NCBI RefSeq assembly: GCF_001194135.2
Contig: NC_068986.1
Span: 74,002,677 to 74,066,676, forward strand
From: Octopus bimaculoides
Taxonomy: Eukaryota
Direction of reading: 5' to 3'
DNA: 64,000 bases
Made by a program: the position numbers and the translations under genes. The notes below the pieces were generated by a model, which was not told where the DNA came from, did no database searches, and saw nothing but the letters and a program-made list of their open reading frames with translations. The stretch's first letter is position 1, and each line of letters opens with the position of its first letter. Positions 40,453 through 51,726 of the stretch are shown one piece after another.

Positions 40453-40794
40453 TGTATGTAATATATATCATCTGTTTTGGCCTGACTATTAGATGCCATT
40501 ATACATCTCTGGTTACAATGTATTTCATATATTCTCTCTTCATTGGACTCTTCTTTTTCATCTTGGTTCATATTGTTTTACTAAGTTATCTTCCTATCAT
40601 CATGGAAGCCTTTTGAGTGACCTTTCTTGATATTTTGGGTACCACTTTGGGGTGCTACTCAGCAACTGCACAGGTCCACTTGTTGTCTGTGAACATTGTG
40701 ACACATATTATATGTTACACATACTCACATACACACATACACACATATCCTTTTACTGGTTTCAGTTATCAAACTGGAATCCTACTGAAGCACC

Positions 40795-41236
40795 GAGGAG
40801 GCGCAACGGCCCAGTGGTTAGGGTAGTGGACTCGCGGTCATAGGATCGCGGTTTCGATTCCCAAACCGAGCGTTGTGAGTGTTTATTGAGCGAAAACACC
40901 TAAAGCTCCACGAGGCTCCGGCAGTGGATAGTGGCAAACCCTGCTGTACTTTTTCACCACAACTTTCTCTCATTCTTACTTCCTGTTTTTATTGTGTCTG
41001 TAATTCAAAGGGTCAGCCTTGTCACACTGAGTCATGCTGAATATCCCCAAGAACTACATTAAGGGTACATGTGTCTGTGGAGTGCTCAGCCACTTGCACG
41101 TTAATTTCACAAGCAGGCTGTTCCGTTGATCGTGGAGCTTTAGGTGTTTTCGCTCAATAAACACTCACAACGCCCGGCCTGGGAATTGAAACCACGATCC
41201 TATGACCGCGAGTCCGCTGCCCTAACCACTGGGCCA
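40795..41236 (+). mobile_element. tRNA-derived SINE (family R, octopus OR-like), 3'-truncated and fused to an inverted copy of its own head
   Basis: A box ggcccagtggttagg and B box ggtttcgattccc; 41131-41236 is the reverse complement of 40807-40912. Confidence 0.85.
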
Positions 41237-41436
41237 TACGTACATACATACATACATACATACATACATACATACNNNNNNNNNNNNNNNNNNNNNNNNN
41301 NNNNNNNNNNNNNNNNNNNNNNNNNNNNNNNNNNNNNNNNNNNNNNNNNNNNNNNNNNNNNNNNNNNNNNNNNNNNNNNNNNNNNNNNNNNNNNNNNNNN
41401 NNNNNNNNNNNNNNNNNNNNNNNNNNNNNNNNNNNN

Positions 41437-41488
<52 letters not shown>

Positions 41489-41847
41489 GAAATTGAGTGA
41501 TAGACAGCGAGAAACGATGTTATTTGAAATGGAATTGACATTATTCTTGCTCTCACTATAATAAGTCCTAAGTGTGAAAGTTAGTCGAATGTGTGCTACA
41601 AAATATCAGAAATAGCTGTAACTGTAATGTAGTTTGAATGTATATCTATAACAGAGATAACACTGAATAACAATTCTCAGTGTTGTTATTCCTGAATACA
41701 ATGTCTGAGAGATTACTTGTTTGTCAGAATCGTATTGAATATACAACACAACACATAAAATGATATACTGTTTAGGAAATAGCGGCTATTACATTAGTTT
41801 TAATACTACTGGTTACAAATAGTGAAATTACATTGTGTGTGAGTTTA

Positions 41848-42009
41848 TGGCAGGCATGGCTGTGAGGTTAAAAATCTTGCTTAATAACCATGTGGTTTTG
41901 GGTTCAGTGCCACTGGATGGCATCTTGAGCAAGTATCTTCTACTATGGCCTCAGGTTGACTAATGCTTTGTGAGTGACTTTGATAGATGGAAACTGTATG
42001 GAAGCCCAT

Positions 42010-42090
<81 letters not shown>

Positions 42091-42270
42091 AGTTTTTGTG
42101 TTTGTGTGTCCCTAAACACAACTCTTGTTAGTTTGTTTATGTTTCCTTAACTTAGCAGCTCAGAAAATGAAACCGATAGAACAAGTACCAAGCTTTACAA
42201 AAAGACATAAGTATTGGGGTTGATTTGTTGAACTAAATTCTTCAAGGCAATGATTCATAGCAGCAGTCCA
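41848..42270 (+). mobile_element. Composite SINE AB, older copy
   Basis: A-(GT)n-B layout. Confidence 0.8.
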
Positions 42271-42356
42271 AATGAAAGAAGTGAAAGATAATATACATAC
42301 ATACATACATACATACATGTATATACCCATACATACATACATATGTACTTACATCT

Positions 42357-42858
42357 ATGTATGTGTATGTTTGTATGTAGTTTGTCCGTCGATGCAATGA
42401 AGACCATCTAGTCATCCTGGGATGGGGGTGGGCTTGTTTTGTGAGTCTGCAGATGGCTATTGAGGCCAATCTGCACCCTAGAGAGTCTTTGACAGTTTGG
42501 ACAAGGAATGGTAGCGCCTGCTATAGGGTTGTTATCTCTGTTCTTCCTGGCTTGTCTGCAGTCTTCTGCAGCAGTGATCCTATTGATTTTGCATGTGTTG
42601 GCACCCCCGTGGACAGCTGATTGCCACCTTTCTCTGTCCAGAGCAGACTGCTCCCAAGTGTCATAGTCGATGTTGAAGTCTTTCAGTGAGGCTTTCAGTG
42701 TGTCCTTAAAATGCATCCATACCATCTTGATGCAGTCTCAGCTTTGCTGGACAGGGCACGTAACTCGCATATCAGATGATAAATTACCAAAAAGATTGCT
42801 CTTTGGCGAGTTGTAAAAGGGAAAGGAAAGCTCTTACAAGGCGGCCAGAAGAAGCGCT
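42357..42858 (-). mobile_element. 5'-truncated RTE LINE with an inverted 5' segment
   Basis: Minus strand about 42380-42711: FKDTLKASLKDFNID..CPNCQR..IGLNSH. Plus strand about 42712-42860: SIHTILMQSQLCWTGHV..LPKRLLFGEL..GGQKKRF. Candidate TSD ttacatct at 42349-42356 and 42859-42866. Confidence 0.9.
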
Positions 42859-43099
42859 TTACATCTGTACAAGTAAAAGAAACAAGTAAAAGATAAACAA
42901 TATATGAATGCTGGCATTTAATATTTGTGTGTTTATGGATGCTCAAATTGGAGCAAAAGTACTCAATACCTGTAGGTTGAATGCCGAGAAATTCAGCTCT
43001 GAAAGAATAAGTTAGTGTCTTAAAGAAGGTAAATTTCAATGTTGTATGCAGTCAGAAGACACTTGTGTTACTTTGCATTGATGATTTCAATATATATTC

Positions 43100-43410
43100 A
43101 AATACTACCTGCCCCTGTTTGTGTACTTCCAGTGTGTGTGTGTACCTACTATCTGGTACAATCTGAGTATTGCCCCTGTACATTATCACCATTTGGTACT
43201 AGTAGCGTACCACCGTTGTATGTGCCTCTCACTTGGTACAGTCTATGTACCACCCCAGTACATTCTTATCATTTGATACTGACTATGTACAACCAGCATG
43301 TGTACCTACCACCTGGTACTGGCAGTGTATTTACTTCTTGGTACTGTCGTGTCTGTTCTTCCCATTTGGTACGGTTTGTGATCTACATCTGTATGTACCT
43401 CCCACATGGT
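43100..43410. repeat. Degenerate minisatellite
   Basis: Recurrent gtgtacct(a/c)cca(c/t)ttggtact unit. Confidence 0.65.
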
Positions 43411-43419
43411 ACTAGAAGT

Positions 43420-43574
43420 CACTAGCATGGCTAGAGTGTGTATTGCCTGGGGCAGCCCTTCAGTTTGTTGACCCTGGCCACCAAGAAGAATACATATTGC
43501 CTACAGCAGACCCAAAAGTGTTGAGGGGGTGAAAGGGTGGACCTCCCCTTTCACCACCTCTAGCTATGCTAGTG
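43420..43574. mobile_element. 155-bp MITE
   Basis: 17-bp TIR cactagcatggctagag / ctctagctatgctagtg with 1 mismatch. Confidence 0.7.
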
Positions 43575-43679
43575 CTACCGGTGTATGGCCTCTCTCTCTG
43601 TTTTACCACTGGCTGTTGTGTAAATACCATCCAACACACCCAAACATTTCAAATGCCAAAATATTGTCCGTAAAGTGAG

Positions 43680-43880
43680 GCAGGGAGCTAGCAGAATCAT
43701 TAACATGATGAGCAAAATGCATAGCAGCATTTTGTCCATATTTACATTCTGAGTTTAAATTCCGCCGAGTTTGACTTTGCCTTTCACCCTTTCTGTGGTT
43801 GATAGAATAAGTTGAGCAACTTGGATTTAAAGTAATTGACACAACTCTCTGCCAAAATTGTTGATCCTGTGCCAAAATTT
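43680..43880 (+). mobile_element. Family M SINE
   Basis: gagctagcagaatcattaac..ttctgagtttaaattccgccgagtttgactttgcctttcaccc. Confidence 0.75.
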
Positions 43881-45059
43881 GAACGAATATATTGTCAATA
43901 AATTTAACTTTCTTGTATTGGTCTTCTATCCAAATTTTCAATGGTATTGGTTGATGCGACTCCTTTCAGTGACTTATCTGAAATCTTATATCACGATAGT
44001 TTACCATCTTATTAGCAACGACTAGTTGTTACCTATTTATGTTCTCTGATTTATTTTTTGGTGAAATAAACAAAACAAAATAAAAAAAAAGAAAAAATGA
44101 AAACAAGAATTCATAGAACCTGATTATCTGCTTGTCAATGTTAAACTGAAATACTGAGAATAATGAAAATTTTGAGTCAATAATTGTGTACTGAGATCTT
44201 GAGTCTACAGATTCCACATGCAATATCAAGATGGAGCATTGTGCTTCTTGTTTGTATCCCTCTCATCCTCCCCCTCATCACCATGATCATCACCATCATC
44301 ATCACTACCAACATCGTCATTGTGACCTGGATCAAACAAAATCAAGTTTGTTAAACTACTAAAGTAAAAGTGTTGTATTTATGTTATACCAAAATCTGTT
44401 CAAACAAGATAAAAGTTCAGAGAAAGCATTTTCAATGTCAAGCTACTTTGAATATTTCAGCTTTGTGTAACTTTCCAATATGTATTTAGATTAAACTTTG
44501 GTAACATTTCCATCAAAAGAATACATATAAAATAGAGAATAGCAACTCAGACCCCAATAGATTATATGATCTTTGCATCATCAATATTGTTGTTGTTGAC
44601 ATTGTGATTATCTTCAGCAATATTACACAACATCACCATTATCATCATCATCATGCAAATCAAAAATCCTTCAGTTGACTTGCAGCCAAATGTTCTCACC
44701 TAAGATCTTTAAGATTTTATTCTTGGGTGTGTATGTATATGTGTGGGGGGGAGAAAGTACATCTTTTAATGCATAAGTTCAAAACAAAATACTCAGAACA
44801 ATCAATGCCTAAGGTACTATTGAGCAATATAGTCCCAATTTTAGAAAGCAGTTATGTAATAGGCACAGATGTAGCTTATAGATGCTGGGTGTGGTTGGGT
44901 CATAAGAAATTTGCTTCCGAAGCACATACCCCTGGGATCAGTTTCACTGCATGACATGTTTGACAAGTGTTTTTTACTATAGTGCCAAGCCAACCAAAGA
45001 CTTATGAGTGGAGTTGGTTGACAGAGCCTGAACGATGCCTGTTATATGTACTTGCATGC

Positions 45060-45107
<48 letters not shown>

Positions 45108-45169
45108 TTGTGTGTGTGTGAGAAAGAGAGAAAGTGTGTTTGTACCTTCTTGTCTTGACATCATGTGAT

Positions 45170-45365
45170 AATTGTAAAGGAGTAATTGTTATACATGCAG
45201 TTCATTCATTTCCAGTATTCTGTGAGATTGTATGGTCATGGGAGAAATATTATCTTGCTTGAGGGATAGGAATGTCATCTGGTCATAAAAAAAATGTGCC
45301 TCAAATTAGCTCCATCTGACCCATGCAAGCATGGAAAAGTGGGCATTACATCGATGATGATGATG
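45170..45365 (+). mobile_element. Family C retroposon, 3' part
   Basis: gacccatgcaagcatggaaaagtgggcattacatcgatgatgatgatg. Confidence 0.65.
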
Positions 45366-45379
45366 ATTATTCTATTTTT

Positions 45380-45917
45380 ATCTCAGGTTTTATAACTCGT
45401 GGAGTCTTGCATGTGAAACGGGTTTGCTGCCTGCAGCCTATGGTGCCATGCTATCTGTTCTTTATAACTGTCTAATACTTTCCTGATTATTATGGCCATG
45501 CCAAGGAGGTAAGCCTTTTGTAACAGTTCTACTGGGCCCTGTATTCTGATTTCCATTATTTTCCTCTTGATGCCTTCTGATACTGTCCTCAAGAAACCAG
45601 CAATAATTGGCACTATCTTCACCTTCTTCATTTTCTACAGCTGGGCTATTTCGTACTTAAGAAGATTGTAGACACCTATTTTTTCGCCTCCCTTCTTGAC
45701 TATTCATGGGTCAAAGGGGCACACATCAACTGCATAGCACATGTGGTGCATCTTGGTGACAACCACTAGGTCCGGTCTGTCATGCTATAGCACCTGATCT
45801 GTTTGGATTGGGAAATCTCAGAGGATTTTGCAGGTCTCCGACTCTGCCACTCTCTGCGGTTTGTGCTCATACCAAGTCTTACCTCTCTCTAGCCCGCATT
45901 TTGTCACACAGTTTCCA
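45380..45917 (-). mobile_element. R4/Dong-like non-LTR retrotransposon 3' end (restriction-like endonuclease domain), defective
   Basis: WYEHKPQRVAESETCKIL*DFPIQTDQVL*HDRPDLVVV..KIVPIIAG..LQKAYLLGMAIIIRKVL carries the RPD..D-type RLE signature of the R4 clade. Confidence 0.85.
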
Positions 45918-45971
45918 ATTATTATTATTATTATTATGATTATTATTATTACTATTATTATTATTATTATT

Positions 45972-46410
45972 AAGATAGTGAGCTGACAGACTCCTTAGCA
46001 CACCAGTCTAAATGCTTAGCAATATTTCACCTGTCACTACATTCTGAGTTCAAATTCCGCCAGGGTCAGCTTTGCCTTTCATCCTTTCAGGGCTGATAAA
46101 TTAAATACCAGTTGAACACTGGGGTTGATGTAATTGACACATCCCCTCCCCCAAAATGGCTGCCCTTGTGGTTTATTATTATTATTACTATGGCTGCAAG
46201 CTGACAGAATCCTTAGCATGCCAGGTAGAATGCTTAGTGGCATTTCGTCTGTCTTTATGTTCTGAGTTCAAATTCTGCCATGGTCGACTTTGCCTTTCAT
46301 CGTTTTGGGGTCAATGAAATAAGTGCCAGTTGAGTACTGGGGTCGATGTAATCACCTAGCCCTCTCCCGCCTAAGTTCAGGCCTTGTGTCTATGGTAGAA
46401 AGGATTATTA
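45972..46410 (+). mobile_element. Two head-to-tail family M SINEs
   Basis: Heads at about 45972 and 46190, each preceded and followed by (ATT)n. Confidence 0.85.
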
Positions 46411-46503
46411 TTATTGTTATAATTATTGTGGGTGGTTTCTATGACATTATACACATTTATAAAACATTTTATAACATGTTGTCAAAGCTCACTTATTGAA
46501 GAA

Positions 46504-46900
46504 TTGTTGTTGTTGTTGTTGGCACTCCGTCGCTTACAATGTCGAGAGTTCCAGTTGATCCGATCAACGGAACAGCCTGCTCGTGAAATTAACGTGCAAG
46601 TGGCTGAGCACTCCACAGACACGTGTACCCTTAACATAGTTCACGGGGATATTCAGCGTGACACAGTGTGACAAGGCTGACCCTTTGAATTACAGGCACA
46701 ACAGAAACAGGAAGTAAGAGTGAGAGAAAGTTGTGGTGGAAGAGTACAGCAGGGTTCGCCACCATCCCCTGCCGGAGTCTCGTGGAGCTTTTTAGGTGTT
46801 TTTGCTCAATAAACACTCACAACGCCCGGTCTGGGAATTGAAACCACGATCCTATGACTGCGAGTCCACTGCCCTAACGACTGAGCCATTGCACCTCCAC
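46504..46900 (-). mobile_element. Full-length family R tRNA-derived SINE with (CAA)n tail
   Basis: Same body as 40795-41130; 10-bp TSD tattgaagaa at 46494-46503 and 46901-46910. Confidence 0.92.
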
Positions 46901-47929
46901 TATTGAAGAACAGAAAAACGTCTTTCTACTTTGTCAGGGCTTAAACATTCATCAGAACTTTGAGGTGGTTTGTAGATTTCTTTGAACCAGTATAAGGAAC
47001 CACAATTTCATGTCGAATGCTGTCTCTTTTGATTTTCGTATAACTCAGAGTCACTGGCATGTGTGTAGGCCTTATAAATTATGAATTCAATCTTTATAAA
47101 TTTCAATCTCTACTTGGTATCACAGGGTCAGGGCCTGTCAAATATAATCACAGCTTAATTACATAGGACTGGTCAAGAAAGGGAGATGGAGAAATTGAGA
47201 CTTGTGGCAGAGCACCAGTTAATCTGCTAGAATATTGTGGTTGAAGAACTTTGAACTAGAATTGAATAAAATACTGTCATAAAGATTAGAACTTAAATGC
47301 AGATATATTCAATTTAGAAGACATACACAAACACACAATGTTATAAGAGGTCAAAAGTGACATACATTAATTAAGAAGGTGAAGTACTGAATGATATTGG
47401 AAGCAAATGATTCTTAATTAATCGCAATTATCTTCTTAGTTGGAGAAAGAAAACCAAAAGCAGAACCCTACCAGTAATTGTTAGTGACTCTCAAAGAGAA
47501 GATAATTTCAAGAAATTAAGAATTAATCTCTCAAAGCTAGTTTACATGTTTAGGAGGACAGTCTGATCTTTGTTAGCAGGCAAGGGAGGATAATTATGGA
47601 CATATTTCAGTTTATTAGACCTCATTAGCATAGTCTTCTAGAGCTTGCTTAATCACTTGATTTTTTTTCCCCTTTTTACATGGAGAAAAAGAGCTACAAA
47701 TAAATTCTGACCAGTATAATTGATATAATTAAGGATAAAAAATAAAGAATAACTAAAATTGGCCAATAATGTGAATTTGGAGAGAAAAATTAAAAAGGAT
47801 GATGCATAGCAAAAATTCTTAATTAGCTCTTACTGTAAATACTATGAATATTGCAAATATTACAGTTATTGCCAGTATTACTGGTATTACTGATATTGCA
47901 GGTATTACAAATGTATATATACTTTGGTT

Positions 47930-48120
47930 TCAAATTTTGGCACAAGGCCAGCAGTTTTGCGGAAGGGGTTAAGCCAATTGCATCAACCCCAGCATTCAAC
48001 TGGTACTTATTTTATCGACCCAGAAAGGATGAAAGGCAAAACTGACCTTGACGGAATTTGAACTCAGAATGTAATGACGGACGGACGGACGCAATGCCAG
48101 TAAACATTTTGTCCAACATA
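47930..48120 (-). mobile_element. Family M SINE
   Basis: tggtacttattttatcgacccagaaaggatgaaaggcaaaactgacc..gaatttgaactcagaa. Confidence 0.8.
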
Positions 48121-48686
48121 CGTATCATATTACGAGCACTGAGGTATTACATGTTCTCACCATTTCGTTTACCTTTATTACTGACATATTTCATGTCAAA
48201 TACAGCAGGTGAGGCAGTCTAATTAATTTTAAGCTATGAGAAGTCATGGAATGAGAAGATACTGCAGACTGAAAGAGGTTAATTACTCTTCACAAATTAT
48301 TCCTTCTGCTCTGTGGTTGATGCTACTGATGAAGATGACATAGTTGTTGTTGATGATAAAGATGGCATAGTTGTTGTTGTCATTGGTGATGATGATGATG
48401 AATCTTTGGGTTTTTACTAAGCTTGTGATTTCCTATTTACATTTCTGTTGCAATTATGTTAATTTACTTGCCGTACATCACACTTATTTTTAATGCACTT
48501 TTTTTCCCCCCATCTTTGAAGATATTGGATATATGAGTATACACACAGTCTGTTATTTAATATCTCTCTCTCCCTTTCTGTCTCTGAATTCACACACACA
48601 CACACACACTCATGAATATCTATACGTATACAAACATATATGGGGATAATTGAAATTCTCCTCCCTTTTCTTAGTATATATATATA

Positions 48687-48749
<63 letters not shown>

Positions 48750-48860
48750 GCATGTATGTATGTATGTATACACATACACACATATATGAATATATATACA
48801 TATACACTCATATATCTATATATTTATATACACATATATATATACATAAATATATATATC

Positions 48861-48910
<50 letters not shown>

Positions 48911-49336
48911 CAGAAATGTACATCCAACTTCTGTTTTTCTGTGTCTCTTAATGCTATGCACACACATACATGCACACATACAATATGCTGTTAAATGAAT
49001 TCTTATTTCATACTTGTTAGCTATGTGAATTATGAGTGTGTTATGTGTATTGTAAACTTTTAGAAGCAGTAAAATGAAATATTTTCCCATTTTAAAAGTA
49101 GCAGCAAAAAAACTGTAATATTCTCTCTCTGTCTCTCTCATTTTTATTCTTTTATATCTCACCATCTATTCTCCTCCCTATCTGCTTATGTATCTGTCTG
49201 TCTGTGTATCTCTCCATTTATCAATTATGATGGTTGTTAGTATGTTCACTCAAATCAGTCAGTGATTTCTTGTCAGGGAAGGCAACATTATACGTTTTCT
49301 ATAAAATTCCTTTGCATATAGACACGTGCCACACCC

Positions 49337-49387
<51 letters not shown>

Positions 49388-49414
49388 TATGTATGCAGAG
49401 AATAAGTTTTAAAA

Positions 49415-49573
49415 AAAGTGTGTGGTTGTGTGGTAAGAAGTTTGCTTCCCAGTTACATGGTTCCAGATTCAGTCCCACGGCATGGCACCTTGGGGAAGTG
49501 TCTTCTACTACAGCCTTGTGTTGACGAAATCCATGTGAGCGGATTTGGTAGAGAGAAACTAAAAGATGCCCTT

Positions 49574-49621
<48 letters not shown>

Positions 49622-49862
49622 TGTTTGTCTCTCACCAGTGTTTGTATTCTTTTATTATTTTATTTGCTTCAGTCATTTGACTGCGACCATGCTGGAGCAC
49701 TGCCTTTAATCAAGCAAATCGACCCCAGGACTTATTCTTTGTAAGCCTAGTACTTATTCTAACTCTATCTTTTGCCAAACCACTAAGTTACGGGGATGTA
49801 AATACACCAGCATAAGTTGTCAAGTGATGTTGGGGGGGACAAACACAGACACACAAGAAATA

Positions 49863-49893
<31 letters not shown>

Positions 49894-50260
49894 CACGATG
49901 GGCTCCTTTCAGTTTTCGTCTGCCAAATCCACTCCCAAGGCTTTAGTTGGTCTGAGGCTATAGTAGAAGACACTTGCTCAAGGCAAGGTGTCACATAGTG
50001 GGACTGAACCCGGAACTATGTGGTTGGTAAGCGAGCTACTTACCACTCCTGTGCCTGTAGCCACTCCTGTTTTTAGATTTCCATAACCTAGCAGTTTGGC
50101 AAAGGGGAGAGATAGAATAAGAACCAGGCTTTTAAAAAATTAATTACTGGGGCGGGGTGGGTCAATACATTTGACTTAAAATTTTTCAGTGTGGTGCTCC
50201 AGTATGGTGCTCCAGTATGGTTACAGTATAATGATTGAAAGAAGTGAAAGATAAAAGATT
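49415..50260. mobile_element. Nested SINE AB copies: + A part 49415-49580, - copy about 49660-50060, + B part about 50085-50260
   Basis: A minus-strand AB copy lies between the A and B halves of a plus-strand copy. Confidence 0.75.
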
Positions 50261-50279
50261 AGAAAGTAACTGAAATATT

Positions 50280-50500
50280 GGTTTCAAATTTTGGTACAAG
50301 GCCAGCAATTTTGTGGGAGTGAGTAAATCAATTACATCAACCCCAGTATTGAACTGGTACTTATTTTATTGACCGAACCTGAAAAGATGAAAAGCAAAGT
50401 TGACCTTGGCAGAATTTGAACTCAGGACATAAAGATGGATGAAATGCTGCTAAGTATTTTGCCTAGTGTGCTAACAATTCTGCCAACTTAATGCCTTTAT
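50280..50500 (-). mobile_element. Family M SINE
   Basis: aactggtacttattttattgacc..gaaaagatgaaaagcaaagttgaccttggcagaatttgaactc. Confidence 0.8.
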
Positions 50501-50785
50501 TATAATAATGATAATAATGGTTTCGAATTTTGGCACTAGCCAGCAATTTTGGAGTAGGGGTGATTACAGCTGGTCCTAGATATACTAAAAGATAGGATGG
50601 TTATGGTTGGAATGTCTTTGATCATCTATCTGTTTGATCTGCTGATCCTGGGTCTAAACAATCACAGTAAATTAGAAAAATGGATTCTTTTATTCTTTTA
50701 CCTGTTTCTTTTACCTGTTTCTATGACTGTGGCTATGTTGGAGCACCACCTTAACAGGTTTTACTCGAACGGATTGACCCCACAG

Positions 50786-51528
50786 TTCTGTATTTAAGAG
50801 ATGAGGAATTATGTACATTATTTACATTTGACAGATATTTGTCCTCATCTTGTTTGTTGTTTCGGTGTCTTGGGAAAATTTCAAACCTTGGGTTCTCATT
50901 ATTTTTCTCATTATTTTTCTCATATTTTTCGATGTTATTATTATTGTTATTATTCAGGTCACTGCCTGGAATCGAACTCGGAATCTTGGGGTTAGTAGCC
51001 CACGCTCTTAACCACTACGCCATATGCCCGTGGACAATTATGGAGTGAATTTTAGGGCTTATAAATCTAATATTTTTCTATCCTTCCTTAATACCGGTTC
51101 CCATATGCTATTCATATCTGCACTTGGTCTGCTTCGGAAGTTGTTGTGTCCTAGCATATGTGATGCTTCTTTCAGTTTTCGTGTTTTCCAGTGGTGTTCT
51201 CTGTCTGTTATTCTAACTTCATCCCACAGGAGGAGGTGGTCTCCATTTTTCCATACATGATCAGCTATACACGATTTAACAATATCTCCTCATGTCACAA
51301 CTTTGTGATGTTCTTCTACCCTTATTTTGAGGGGTGGCATGTTTTGCCTTTCTATAACCTAACATGGCTGCATGAGATGGAGTACATGCAGAAATGGTCA
51401 TATTCTCTTCTATTGGCGGTTTTATAATCCCTAAAAATTCACTCCATAATTGCCCACGGGCATATGGCATAGTGGTTAAGGGGACGGGCTACTAACCTTA
51501 AGATTCTGAGTTTGATTCCAGGCAGTGA

Positions 51529-51568
<40 letters not shown>

Positions 51569-51726
51569 ATTTAAAAATTACCTTAGGAATGAGAACCCAA
51601 GTTTGAAATTTTCCCAAGACACCTGATGAAGGCTGGAGGGTATATCAGCGAAAACGTATTAACAATAAACAAGATGAGGACAAATATTTGTCAAATGTAA
51701 ATAATGTAAATAATATAAATAATGTA
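50786..51726 (-). mobile_element. 5'-truncated Penelope-like element: GIY-YIG endonuclease C-terminus plus pLTR, with an inverted pLTR at the 5' end
   Basis: Minus strand 51400-51060: LKIRVEEHHK..KSCIADHVWK..WDEVRITDREHHWKTRKLKEASHMLG. 51421-51726 is an inverted copy of 50786-51065. The host SINE sequence gattgacccc is duplicated at 50772 and 51727. Confidence 0.9.
51615..51665 (+). ncRNA. Minimal type-I hammerhead ribozyme-like motif, possibly degenerate
   Basis: CTGATGA core at 51623-51629, stem II GCTG/CAGC, then GAAA-ACGT, in the position expected for PLE-associated hammerheads. Confidence 0.6.

Noticed and set aside
40800-40870. tRNA-like sequence, also at 46830-46900, 50957-51030 and 51457-51530
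   Set aside because: These are SINE or pLTR heads. They lack a complete acceptor stem and continue into repeat bodies, so they are not called as tRNA genes.
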